Of a stretch of 64,000 nucleotides of DNA, positions 19,215-29,027 are shown in pieces. Position numbers and translations under genes: made by a program. The stretch lies in NCBI GenBank assembly GCA_037146995.1, contig JBAWWA010000005.1, forward strand, positions 2,978 through 66,977. Reading direction: 5' to 3'. The notes beneath the pieces were generated by a model. That model had not been told where the DNA came from and searched no databases. It was given only the letters and a program-made list of their open reading frames with translations. The DNA comes from a bacterium (GTDB lineage: Bacteria > Patescibacteriota > Patescibacteriia > Patescibacteriales > GWE2-39-37). The first letter of the stretch is position 1. The number at the start of each line of letters is the position of its first letter.

Positions 19215-20225
19215 TCAACTGCGAGAAAAGACTACTCCAACATTGCGACGTGAATCGCTAAGCCCTCTGCCATAAACACTCGCACCGCCAAGATCAACAT
19301 TACCAACATCGACTATATTACCAACCGAATCACAGCGCATCGTCCATGCCTTAGTATTTTCCAATAATTTTTCATCATTATTCTGTCTATAACTAAAAAT
19401 ATCATATAAAACCTCGGCGGGAGTTTGCCTGGATAACTGATTGATTTTCAATGCCGAGAGCTCACGTGCGTACTTTTTAGAGGTCGGACCACTAATTAAA
19501 TCTTGAATCTCACCATCAGTTTTGCCTTTAAAATTCTTCACAAAGTAATCAACATACTCATCCATGGCTTCGATAAATTTTCTTGGTATAGCAGTGCCGC
19601 CACACTCTGTGTTGAATAAATCATCTACATAATCATAAAGAACTCTCGTTTGCTCGAAATAATTCTTATCCGTTGAGGCTGGAATAATTTCTTTGGAAGT
19701 TAGCGACCATCTGAATTTAATTGGATCGTTTTGCCAAAAATCTTCTAGACTAAACAACTCTTTCAAATCAGCTAATTCCTTGTAGGTAATTTTTCCTTTT
19801 TGACTTTCGTCATAACCACCGTCCAATAAGCTAGCTCGTACTCGCTCCATAGTCAATGGTTGACCTTCACGGTCTATATCAGAACGCAATACCAAGAACT
19901 GACCAAGCTCTTTGGCTTTAATTAATTCCTCTTTTGAGAATTGAATAGCCGGAATATTTTCTTTTGAAATCTCAATGCCAAAAGCTTTTTTGACCTCATC
20001 TGGCCCCAACACCTCCCTGGTACCCATGATTTCTTTGGCACGCTCAATTGATACTGGTGTTTGTTTTTTTAACTCTTTTAATAATACTTCGGCCTGATTC
20101 AAGTTTGCTTGAACATCAAAGATATTTTTTTTGTTAACAACACCAATCTCCATCTTAATTACTGATTGAAGCTTCTTGAGTTCTTTGAGTTGTGATTTTA
20201 GTTGTGGGCAATTCAAATTACTCAT
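19215..20225 (-). CDS. NCPQLK-family protein, unique C-terminal module (336 aa)
   Basis: MSNLNCPQLKSQL start. Its start codon overlaps the stop of the VWA gene (ATGAGTAA). Confidence 0.85.
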   Translation of the reverse strand: MSNLNCPQLKSQLKELKKLQSVIKMEIGVVNKKNIFDVQANLNQAEVLLKELKKQTPVSIERAKEIMGTREVLGPDEVKKAFGIEISKENIPAIQFSKEELIKAKELGQFLVLRSDIDREGQPLTMERVRASLLDGGYDESQKGKITYKELADLKELFSLEDFWQNDPIKFRWSLTSKEIIPASTDKNYFEQTRVLYDYVDDLFNTECGGTAIPRKFIEAMDEYVDYFVKNFKGKTDGEIQDLISGPTSKKYARELSALKINQLSRQTPAEVLYDIFSYRQNNDEKLLENTKAWTMRCDSVGNIVDVGNVDLGGASVYGRGLSDSRRNVGVVFSRS

Positions 20226-23200
20226 ATTGTTTTAAGTTTTCCGTCATCACGTCTTCGATTTTTTCCTTAACCATTTTGACAAGTAGCGTACTGAACTGAT
20301 CAACTATTTCTTGAGGCGTATTGGCTGAGATTACATTCCCAACACCCAAACGATCCTCAAGTGATTTTTTAGCTCCATCGCTACCAATGGCCATTCCGCC
20401 AACTCCTACATTCATTCTTCTTAACTTTTCGGCTATTTCAGCGGCTTCATAACCATCAATCTCACCATCAGAAATCTGAAATATCATCTCGGTCATTTTC
20501 TGATCTTTTAGCAAGCGCTGAATTATCTCATCTTGATGTTGTGCTTCGAGTATCTGCCAACAATCATCGTCCTGAGTACCACCCATAGCCTTTATTTTCT
20601 TAAATGAACGTATTGTTGAGATAGTTTCGTAGTCAGCATCTTGCGTTGGTGCTGTACCTTCTGCTTTTTCAAGAAACGACAAATCTTCTATATCAAAACG
20701 TTTCACTTGATGAGTACTACTCTCAAAACCAAGAATCTGCAGATCGGTTAAAACATCTTCCTTGGCAGCTGCTGGTCCAATAATACGCTCAAGCTCGTTC
20801 TTGAATAATACCCGAAAGCTACGGAGCGAGGAATTAATCAACATTACAGCCATTCTTACGGCATCAATATTACCACTCATACTACCAGACAAATCAACTA
20901 AAAGATTCACTCTAAGTAATTTTGGACGCAACTCTGCGACAATCTTTTCGATAAACTGTTCGTAGACACGTTTTTGGTCAAAGCCATAACCTAATTCAAT
21001 TTCGGGCCAATGTCTTTGCAAGCGTTTAGCATCTAGTTTACCCTCGCGGTAATATTTGTCTTTAAGGATCTCAAATTTCTGACTAATATTGCGTACAACA
21101 TCTGACCATGTCTCTGCCATCTTATTGGCATATGGTGCTAACTCGTTTTCAAGTTTCTTGAATTGATCATACAACTCGGCATCAACCTCAAGTGGATCTT
21201 CTTTATAGCCTCCGCTACCAGCCCCTGAACCGGACATTTTTTTTAAAATACGATCCTTGTCTCTCTCGGCAGCCTGTTTAGCTTGAAATTCTGGACTCTT
21301 GAGCTGAGCCTCAACGTCTTTGAGTGTTTTTTCTCGCTTATCTTGCGCCATCATATCACGCAATGATTTTTCCATATCACTCATTGCCTCACCCAAATCA
21401 ACATCCTCCCCGTTTTCACCCGAAGACTCTCCACTACCATCACTCCTTTCCTTCTTTTCTTTTTCCTTCGACTGCAGATCTTTATCTTGTTGATCTTTAT
21501 CCTTACTCTTTTCTTTTGAATCTTTATTCTTCTTGTCTTTTTTCTCCTTCGGCTCGCGTTTACGCTTATCATCTTTACTAACACTCTGACCACCATCATC
21601 AGCTTCATCGTAAAGCAAGATCAGTTCCTGGTCTGGACGAAAGAATACTTCTGTCTTAGTCGAAACGCCTACGCCTGAAGCCATAGCCTGCTCTTCATCA
21701 AAATACCTAACCTCAACAGATCTGACCCCATGAGTAGCCTCATCTGGAATTACATTTACAATCACTCCTTTCTGACCAGTTTTAGCATTCTTAACTTCGT
21801 CACCAGCTTTCCAGCTTGGCGACTCTTGATTTTCTGGTGAACTATCACCATCCTCGCCTTCACCTTCTTCACCTGGCTCTTTTTCTGGTGGCAATTTTAC
21901 TTCGAAGTTATCATCTATAATGCACAATAAGGTATAAATAGGTTCAAGCACTTGACGCATAACTCGTGTACGTTCGGTTAGACCAAATTTAAGTGGACGA
22001 GTAGCCGAGTAGCCGCTAGCCGCCTTCGTTTCCTTAAACCGGTCAAATAATTCAATAAAGGTTAGACTATCAAAACTCTTGATACCCATACTTTGTTGAA
22101 CGCGCCTAATCTTGGCTCCAAACTGAGCATTGGCCCACGCTGCATTAATGCATGGCTCAATTTGACCAGACTTTTGCTCCTTGTCAGTCATTAACACGCC
22201 ATTATCATAAAGCTCACTCCCCACCTTTTCTGATTCACCGTTTTTAAGCGCAAAATTATTTACCAAATGTACTTGTTTTAGGAAACGCGAATAGCGTTCA
22301 AGCTTTTCCGGTTCGGCCTGATTCTTATTATTAACTATACCGAGCAATGACTCGTATGCTTCGGCGAGTGGCTTTCGCAATACGATACTCGCCGCCTCAC
22401 TCAGATGATGTTTACCATTTGGATTTTCTTTTTCATCATAAACATCTTGTGGTTTCATGCCAATCATCTGGTTCTTGATAAAAAAAGTCAGAAACTCACC
22501 AGCATTTTTAAGTTCAGGCCTTGCTTTGGTAAAATCGATACCTTTTTCATAATCGACTTCATCAAGTAAACGCAAATCTCCAGTACCTGTCTCAACTTTA
22601 TGAATCTCACCCTTTTCATTTTGCGCAAAGTCACCGCTAACTACGTCTTCATACAAAGAAAACATTTTGGTGGTATACATAGACTCGATACTTTCGGTAC
22701 GCTTTTTACCCTCGGCTGTAAAGTTTGAGGCAAAGTATGCCGACTTCAGCACTAAGTGGTTGACCATGGCATCCTCAAGAATATTGTAATATTGACGATA
22801 GGTTGATGACAAAGATACGAACTTGCCAGGATTATCTATGCTCGGGATTTTTTTACTGCGTTCATAGTTGAACTGCTCCAGTTGGTTATACTTACCAGCT
22901 GGATCAAGCTCCATCATGGTCTTGAGATGGGCAAATTCATGACAACCAACAAAAACAAATTGTTCCTCGGTCATCTTGCCGCCTTCGCGCATGGCCTTAA
23001 ACTCTGGTGTCGACAAAGAGATCTTGTCCGCACCTGGCTCATGATAAAAACCCATACCGCCAACGAGTTTGAATTTGGCATTGCGATTATCAAGAAAGGT
23101 TGTAAAAATATCCGACTTGGTGCGTGCCCATTCTTGTAGTTCATCTCTTTGGGTCCACAGTTCACGTGGTACACCATTTTCATCAAAGGGCTTTTCTTGT

Positions 23201-23244
23201 TTTACAGCATCAATTGATTCTATTTTTGGTTGAAATTGTTTCAT
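20218..23244 (-). CDS. HExxH (zincin-like) N-terminal domain + charged low-complexity linker + C-terminal von Willebrand A (MIDAS) domain protein
   Basis: VGCHEFAHLK motif near the N-terminus. Central stretches are E/G/D-rich and K/E/D/S-rich. The C-terminal LLVDLSGSMSG (DxSxS), ...GGTQDD... and ISDGEIDG motifs fit the VWA MIDAS pattern. Confidence 0.8.
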   Translation of the reverse strand: MKQFQPKIESIDAVKQEKPFDENGVPRELWTQRDELQEWARTKSDIFTTFLDNRNAKFKLVGGMGFYHEPGADKISLSTPEFKAMREGGKMTEEQFVFVGCHEFAHLKTMMELDPAGKYNQLEQFNYERSKKIPSIDNPGKFVSLSSTYRQYYNILEDAMVNHLVLKSAYFASNFTAEGKKRTESIESMYTTKMFSLYEDVVSGDFAQNEKGEIHKVETGTGDLRLLDEVDYEKGIDFTKARPELKNAGEFLTFFIKNQMIGMKPQDVYDEKENPNGKHHLSEAASIVLRKPLAEAYESLLGIVNNKNQAEPEKLERYSRFLKQVHLVNNFALKNGESEKVGSELYDNGVLMTDKEQKSGQIEPCINAAWANAQFGAKIRRVQQSMGIKSFDSLTFIELFDRFKETKAASGYSATRPLKFGLTERTRVMRQVLEPIYTLLCIIDDNFEVKLPPEKEPGEEGEGEDGDSSPENQESPSWKAGDEVKNAKTGQKGVIVNVIPDEATHGVRSVEVRYFDEEQAMASGVGVSTKTEVFFRPDQELILLYDEADDGGQSVSKDDKRKREPKEKKDKKNKDSKEKSKDKDQQDKDLQSKEKEKKERSDGSGESSGENGEDVDLGEAMSDMEKSLRDMMAQDKREKTLKDVEAQLKSPEFQAKQAAERDKDRILKKMSGSGAGSGGYKEDPLEVDAELYDQFKKLENELAPYANKMAETWSDVVRNISQKFEILKDKYYREGKLDAKRLQRHWPEIELGYGFDQKRVYEQFIEKIVAELRPKLLRVNLLVDLSGSMSGNIDAVRMAVMLINSSLRSFRVLFKNELERIIGPAAAKEDVLTDLQILGFESSTHQVKRFDIEDLSFLEKAEGTAPTQDADYETISTIRSFKKIKAMGGTQDDDCWQILEAQHQDEIIQRLLKDQKMTEMIFQISDGEIDGYEAAEIAEKLRRMNVGVGGMAIGSDGAKKSLEDRLGVGNVISANTPQEIVDQFSTLLVKMVKEKIEDVMTENLKQYE

Positions 23245-23256
23245 GTAAATTATAAA

Positions 23257-24714
23257 TTAATCATCATCCCAATCTTCCTCATATTCTGGCTCTAGCTTTT
23301 TTGGTGTAAATATTGTTTCACCTTTTTTGTTTATGTAAAAACTTTCATCACTTTCATCTTTGCGCACTTGCCATAAACCATCTTTATAGCCATAAAATTG
23401 AGCAATATCTCTAATAATTTCTTTACCTTCCATAGTATAACCATCATAGACCACGTCATTTCCCATTATTCTGCTGGATGTAAAAGTTATGCCATTACAG
23501 ACATCACTTGGATCATATTCTGATTCGAAATTCGTAAAATATTTATTTAGCTGTCCTTGCTTGTCAATAAAACTCCAAGTCAAGAATTCTTCATTGCCAG
23601 GATATTCATTTTTCACCTTTGCATACCCTTCTTTAAACGAATGTACCTCAAATTGCCACACTTCAAGCAAAATAACCCCATTAGTATCTATGAAATTATA
23701 TCTTAAATATTCCTCAGATTCGTCTGGTAAGTTATTCCCATGCTCATCTTCATATTCTTGAGTGAATCTTGTGCTCACTACTGCATAACCTTCAGAAAAA
23801 GATTTTACAGACTCATAGCCCTCAAAGCATACTTCGCCTTTGAGATCCAAAAAATACTCATTACCCTCAAGGTCCTTAACTCTTGTGTAACCATTACTAT
23901 ATCCGTCAACCTCTTGATACTCACCTTCATGAAAAACTTTTCTTGTCGCCACGTCATAAAATACAAACTCATCACCTTGCTTTCCGGTAATAACACCTTC
24001 AGAATACTGTGAATAGTTAAGACTTGGCAAATCACAAATCTGAGTGTAACTCTGATCTAATATCAAATCACCGCTAACGCCACCATGAATAATAACCACC
24101 CCGTCATTACTTTTGTCAACACCAAAACCACTACGAACCTCGCGGAATATCTTCGACTCCTCTTCTAGCTTGTTTCCCTTTTTATCAATAAAATAATAAG
24201 GTGATGAATCGATACTTTTTTTTACGATTGCCCGACCATTAGCAAACTGACTAGCATATACAAATTCTCCATCACTAAAACCTCCGTAACCACAAATATA
24301 GCCATCTTTATTAAGGTATACATGTTTATTTTTTATCTTCACCACCGCCATGCCATCAGAAAAGTGTGAAACCAAACAAGCACCTTTTGAAAATCTATTC
24401 TTTACTCCACCCTCTTGATCAACAATAAACAGTTCCTCATCCTTCTCACCAAAAGCGCGACCTTCGGAAAATTTACTTAAAAAATTAAAACCATGGATTT
24501 TGGCGATCCTGTCACGAAATTTGATTTGATTTGGATCACTTTTTTCCGATAGTGCGCAGAATAATTCAGACACTGAGGCAAAACTTGCTTCAATGTCTTT
24601 AAAGTCAGTTGACTTGCCAGCCTGCAAAAAGCCTTGAAACTCAAGCTCAAAATCCTCAAGGTTTTTCTTAAGTTTTTGAAGATCTAATTTTATCACTGAA
24701 CAATCGGTCTGCAT
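23257..24714 (-). CDS. WG-repeat protein with a degenerate NCPQLK-type N-terminus (MQTDCSVIKLDLQKLKKNL)
   Basis: The preferred start is the ATG at 24712-24714, 1 nt after the upstream stop. Repeats include FSDGMAVVKIKNKHVYLNKDGY, FSEGYAVVS and FKEGYAKVKNE...WSFIDKQGQ. Confidence 0.8.
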   Translation of the reverse strand: MQTDCSVIKLDLQKLKKNLEDFELEFQGFLQAGKSTDFKDIEASFASVSELFCALSEKSDPNQIKFRDRIAKIHGFNFLSKFSEGRAFGEKDEELFIVDQEGGVKNRFSKGACLVSHFSDGMAVVKIKNKHVYLNKDGYICGYGGFSDGEFVYASQFANGRAIVKKSIDSSPYYFIDKKGNKLEEESKIFREVRSGFGVDKSNDGVVIIHGGVSGDLILDQSYTQICDLPSLNYSQYSEGVITGKQGDEFVFYDVATRKVFHEGEYQEVDGYSNGYTRVKDLEGNEYFLDLKGEVCFEGYESVKSFSEGYAVVSTRFTQEYEDEHGNNLPDESEEYLRYNFIDTNGVILLEVWQFEVHSFKEGYAKVKNEYPGNEEFLTWSFIDKQGQLNKYFTNFESEYDPSDVCNGITFTSSRIMGNDVVYDGYTMEGKEIIRDIAQFYGYKDGLWQVRKDESDESFYINKKGETIFTPKKLEPEYEEDWDDD

Positions 24715-24715
24715 A

Positions 24716-24916
24716 CTAAGCAGCAACCTCGGCCGTATCTGGGCAAAGCTCGGCAATTTCCTCCTCAAGTGACTTAATCTCCTCCTGCAAGCCCTTAAAC
24801 TTTTCTACTAACTCCTTCTTTTGCATTTCAAACTTTTTTTGTTCTAGTGCCTCAGTGCTTTGTGTAAATGTTTCTTTTGCAGCAGATTCAAATCCGCCCA
24901 TGCCTGGATTTTTCAT
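24716..24916 (-). CDS. 66-aa coiled-coil protein ending in ...EIAELCPDTAEVAA
   Basis: Heptad-like E/K-rich sequence. It sits 4 nt after the AAA gene stop and 1 nt before the next start. Confidence 0.6.
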   Translation of the reverse strand: MKNPGMGGFESAAKETFTQSTEALEQKKFEMQKKELVEKFKGLQEEIKSLEEEIAELCPDTAEVAA

Positions 24917-24920
24917 AGAT

Positions 24921-27900
24921 TTATTTATTAGATAATTTATTAATTAAATTTTGTGCTCTTTGTTCTGGTGTCATATTCGCAGCTTCTGCTAATTCTTCGT
25001 CACTAAGCATACTTCTTTTGTGCAAATACCCTTCAAGGAAGGCGAAGAACTCTTCATAGGTTTCAAGCTTCGCACCCTTCTCTGCTTCATCAAATTTGAC
25101 CTCATACTCCTTAATCTTATCTATGACCATATCGAGCTCCTTAATACTGTCATATTCCAACCCAACCATAAGCTCCATTATCTTCTTGACCTGCTTAACC
25201 ATCTCAAGTCCGCGAATTTCTGCCTCCGTGTCATCTTCACCTTCACGCATCTTGCCAGCTATCTTCTCATATTCCTCTTTTTTGCGCATCGGTAAATAGC
25301 CAAAGACTAACTGGGTCATTTCGAGCGAAGAAAAATATGACAACTCATATTGCCCCTGTGTATTGAGCATACTGACATAGTCGCCATTCTGGGCAATACG
25401 TTTATATTTCCCATCGACTTCACCAGCAACACCTTCATATTTGCCCAAATCTCGCAATGGATCAAAATTCATCATTTGCTTAAAATCAGTAACCGCCTGA
25501 CTCTGATTTGAATCAACTCTCATATAATCAGGCCAACCACCGTCGGCACTAAAAAATCCTGCTTTATTTAAAGTCGCATAAATCACAGCCTGAGCCTGGG
25601 GGTGCTGGTCATATTTCTTCACATAATTCCACAGATAATATTCGATATCCATAGATCCACCCTGGTCAACATAAGCCCCCAAAATCTGATCCATCAATTC
25701 ACGCATGGTTAGATTAGCACTACTCAAAGAACTAGCGATAAGGGCTGGTGTCACGTCTGCACCAAGAATTGGCTTCAAGTTATCAAGTCTCAAGCCACTA
25801 TTTCCAGCCTTGCCCTCAAAAACATCCATTATCAAACGAGCACCAACACTTAGGCGATACATGTCCTTGAAAAATGAATAACGATCATCTTTTTTGACCA
25901 AGACCCTGGCACCCAAGCGCTGATTCATCATCTTCATGAGTAACACCTCAAATATCTGATCATTTTTAGCCAGCGACTTTGAATCATCAATAATTTTCTG
26001 TAGCTCCTCATCATCTTTAAACTCGTCAGTAATATGACCCAAGTTCAAACGCTCAATATCAGTTTTAGCCTCATTAAGTTGATTGCTTTGTGGCAAATAA
26101 TTAACTTGCACCGGAATAATACGACTGTAAGTAGCTGGATCAGTGTCATTATGGCGCGCTTTGGTATAGCGGTCACCAGTGTTACCAGTCCAAATTACAC
26201 AATAGCCGGGCTTAATTTGGAATTCACCAATCGAAGCCTGAGTTTTTTGTGTCTCGCCAATCTTCTTGGTTAAGAGATCGTTAAAAGCAATTAAAACTTC
26301 TGGGGGGATGGCGTTTGCCTCGTCAATAATAAGCGGTACGCCCTGGCGCATGGCTTCATACATTGCACCTAATACAAATCTACCTTGTACTGGATTACCA
26401 TAGACACTAGCGAGTTGGCCATTAACCAACTCTTCTGTCTCACCTCTTAATTTTTTCTCATTTTTCTTAAAATACGCTTCAAAACCACTCTCAGTATCAT
26501 CTTGATCTTCGGACAATGAATTATGATATTCCTGACGAGCCACCTGCATAAATACCGCCTCACGCTGCTCTTTTTCTGATCCTACCATGGCAGCAATTGT
26601 CTTGGTCAAAGACTCATTACTGCTTAAGTCCACGTCTTCGCCAAATTTCTTGGCAATAATTTTGAAATGCTCTTCTGGTGTCAAATTCTCAATCTTGAAA
26701 GTTTCAGTAAAGCGGTCCGGCTCTAAATATTTACTACCAGAAACAATAATCGGATCTTTTGATTTGCCGTTTTCATCTTTACCTGTCAGATAATTTCGAG
26801 CAATGTGAGTCGCCAAGGCAGTCTTGCCCGTACCATGGTCACCATGTAAATAAACGATAGTTGGTGACTTGCCCTCTTGCACTTTAAGCACTGGCAAAAT
26901 CTTTTCGATAATACTTTTGATGTATGGCGTCTCAACAATTTTACCATTGTGTAGCATCTGCCAAAGATTACCCAATTCACGCTTGTAGTTTACGTAGGCC
27001 GGCAAAAACTCCTTTGCCACAATATTTCCAGACTTTTCATATTCAGTCTCCATGCCAACATTCAAATTCAAACCTAAATTCTTTTTGGCTAATCGAGAAA
27101 AGCGCTCATTTAGTTTACCAATTCTTTCCTGCTTCAACCTAGGTCGCATTGCACCAAGCTCCTCAGAGCTTCTAAGCATATCGACATTTCGACTAGACTT
27201 GCTTGCCGCCAAGGTAGATTTATTTTGCCTAAGTTTTCGTATCGTATCTCGAACATCTGGATACTGGGCTTGAGCATATTTTTCAATCGATTTCATTTCG
27301 TCATCAGAATATGCACCAAGCTCTTGATCTAATTCAAAATATTCTTCCAGGTTTAAAAAAGCTCGATGAGATTTACCAGCAGCTCGATTTTCTGCTTCGC
27401 GATAAGCATTACTACTAGTATTCTCTTGATCATGTTCAGATAAACTTGCCAACTCTTTGTTCTCAATTGACTGCATTATAAAGTCATAAAAATCATCACC
27501 ATCTTCTGTTTCGGCTATTTTTAACAAGTCCTTAAAGACTTCAACATTTACATTATTCGTTTTATTCTCATCACTTTTTTCGACCAAGGCAATTTTAGCT
27601 GCTGTTAATGTTTTATGAATAATTTCTGGCGACATTTCTCTCGACTCAAGTTCTTTAGCCAAACCATCAATTTTTTTGAAATCTTTTGCATGAGCTAATA
27701 TCTCTTCCACATCTTCACGATGCACACCATCGAACAATGATTGCAAGGTTTCACTCGATAAATCTTTTACGGTAATATTCTCAACCATTTCATCCATCAA
27801 GGCACGTGATTCTTCGAGTTTAGCCATGTAGCCAAAGGCTAAATCCTCAGCTTCAAACGTATTCTCTAATTTAGTATCTTTTGCCGCCTCGGTCGAACGT

Positions 27901-27929
27901 GCGACTGGCGGTCGATTTTCCTTAAACAT
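24921..27929 (-). CDS. Large (1002 aa) AAA+ ATPase, MoxR / AAA_5 (CbbQ/NorQ/GvpN-like) core with long helical extensions
   Basis: Walker A is LHGDHGTGKTALA. Walker B plus the downstream helix is PLIIDEANAIPPEVLIAFNDLL, typical of the MoxR/AAA_5 clade. It lies adjacent to a VWA gene. Confidence 0.8.
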   Translation of the reverse strand: MFKENRPPVARSTEAAKDTKLENTFEAEDLAFGYMAKLEESRALMDEMVENITVKDLSSETLQSLFDGVHREDVEEILAHAKDFKKIDGLAKELESREMSPEIIHKTLTAAKIALVEKSDENKTNNVNVEVFKDLLKIAETEDGDDFYDFIMQSIENKELASLSEHDQENTSSNAYREAENRAAGKSHRAFLNLEEYFELDQELGAYSDDEMKSIEKYAQAQYPDVRDTIRKLRQNKSTLAASKSSRNVDMLRSSEELGAMRPRLKQERIGKLNERFSRLAKKNLGLNLNVGMETEYEKSGNIVAKEFLPAYVNYKRELGNLWQMLHNGKIVETPYIKSIIEKILPVLKVQEGKSPTIVYLHGDHGTGKTALATHIARNYLTGKDENGKSKDPIIVSGSKYLEPDRFTETFKIENLTPEEHFKIIAKKFGEDVDLSSNESLTKTIAAMVGSEKEQREAVFMQVARQEYHNSLSEDQDDTESGFEAYFKKNEKKLRGETEELVNGQLASVYGNPVQGRFVLGAMYEAMRQGVPLIIDEANAIPPEVLIAFNDLLTKKIGETQKTQASIGEFQIKPGYCVIWTGNTGDRYTKARHNDTDPATYSRIIPVQVNYLPQSNQLNEAKTDIERLNLGHITDEFKDDEELQKIIDDSKSLAKNDQIFEVLLMKMMNQRLGARVLVKKDDRYSFFKDMYRLSVGARLIMDVFEGKAGNSGLRLDNLKPILGADVTPALIASSLSSANLTMRELMDQILGAYVDQGGSMDIEYYLWNYVKKYDQHPQAQAVIYATLNKAGFFSADGGWPDYMRVDSNQSQAVTDFKQMMNFDPLRDLGKYEGVAGEVDGKYKRIAQNGDYVSMLNTQGQYELSYFSSLEMTQLVFGYLPMRKKEEYEKIAGKMREGEDDTEAEIRGLEMVKQVKKIMELMVGLEYDSIKELDMVIDKIKEYEVKFDEAEKGAKLETYEEFFAFLEGYLHKRSMLSDEELAEAANMTPEQRAQNLINKLSNK

Positions 27930-27950
27930 AGGGTTAAAAATTATTGATCT

Positions 27951-28955
27951 TTAAAAACGTGTTTTATATGTTACTCCATACAAATTTTTATATTGACCTT
28001 CATCTATCTCCTCTGCTAACGTCTTGTCTATTACCACGAGATTATCATGAAACAAGGCAAAATCTCTATGGATATCTAACATCTCAGCTAAGTTGTTATC
28101 AATAACGAGTTCTGGCTGCTTGAAGGCACGGATCTCAAGGTAATAATCTTTATGCTTAATCAAGTCACAAAGCATTTCGCGGGTCATTGGATCGTTGGTT
28201 TCTATTACTAGTTTGCCCTTAAACTTTACTAATTCCTTACATATCTCTGGCGTTATGTTGCAATTAAGCGAAATTGCCTCATTGTGCTGCATTAATAATT
28301 TAGCAGCCTCAACGTCTGCCACCCCGCCAAACCGCAGATCTCCTTTAACATCTTCCAATGCCGATAAAGCTTCCTTGGAATAAGTTTTAAAATCGCCTAA
28401 GTATATTTTTCCGTCATGTCCATCAAGTTTCTGCAATGACTCAACGCTTATTTTGTCAAAAGTTTGCAAATTAAGTGTACCTACATGTTCGCTCAAGCCC
28501 TCGGCTGCCCCTGGCGTTAACTCTTCTAACGCCTCAAAAGTCAAATTACCTTCATGCTTCCCAAGCTGTTCTGCCACTTCTGGCGTCAAGTGCGACAATC
28601 GTCGGAGATAGATTTCATTACTCTTTCTTTTGCCCTTCAATAAATTAATATTTCCCATCGGCCCTTGAGTTAACGGGGTACTCCTGGCCGCAACCTTTTC
28701 ATGTCGTTCAACCAAAAATTCAGCAACCTCAGCATTCAACTCAGTTATTTCTTCGCACTTATCCAGCTTACCATTCACAATCTCTTGCCATAACTTCATA
28801 TTACGAAGTTCTTCTATCTGGTCATGCAAATAGATAAACAAATCCTTAGCATCGGTGAATTCGTCCCTTGATTTAATATCACACAACAAATCACCCAAAA
28901 CTTTTTCGGTATTTCTAAGTGCTGGTAATTTTAACTTAAGACTAGGGCAATACAT
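27951..28955 (-). CDS. NCPQLK-family protein (MYCPSLKLKL start) with LRR-like repeats of about 24 aa
   Basis: Repeats include LTPEVAEQLGKHEGNLTFEALEELTPGAAEGLSEHVGTLNLQTFDKISVESLQKLDGHDGKIYL. Confidence 0.8.
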   Translation of the reverse strand: MYCPSLKLKLPALRNTEKVLGDLLCDIKSRDEFTDAKDLFIYLHDQIEELRNMKLWQEIVNGKLDKCEEITELNAEVAEFLVERHEKVAARSTPLTQGPMGNINLLKGKRKSNEIYLRRLSHLTPEVAEQLGKHEGNLTFEALEELTPGAAEGLSEHVGTLNLQTFDKISVESLQKLDGHDGKIYLGDFKTYSKEALSALEDVKGDLRFGGVADVEAAKLLMQHNEAISLNCNITPEICKELVKFKGKLVIETNDPMTREMLCDLIKHKDYYLEIRAFKQPELVIDNNLAEMLDIHRDFALFHDNLVVIDKTLAEEIDEGQYKNLYGVTYKTRF

Positions 28956-28974
28956 GGGGTTTGATATTTACTTT

Positions 28975-29004
28975 ATTTTACCAACTTTTCACAAATTTGA
29001 CCAA
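28975..29004 (-). promoter_or_regulatory. Putative internal promoter of the array
   Basis: The minus strand reads TTGGTC, an 18-nt spacer, then TAAAAT, with TGG immediately 5' of the -10 (extended -10 TGGTAAAAT). This is about 20 nt upstream of the ATG at 28955. Confidence 0.35.
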
Positions 29005-29027
29005 CAAAAAAGAGGGCTTGCCCTCCT
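29005..29027 (-). terminator. Weak intrinsic terminator inside the array
   Basis: The minus strand reads GAGGG-caag-CCCTC followed by TTTTTT. It sits in the only sizeable (96-nt) gap of the array. Confidence 0.35.

Noticed and set aside
21324-21608. Alternative-frame ORFs inside the K/E/D-rich linker of the VWA gene
   Set aside because: They are artefacts of codon-repeat low complexity (AAA/GAA/GAT runs open in several frames).
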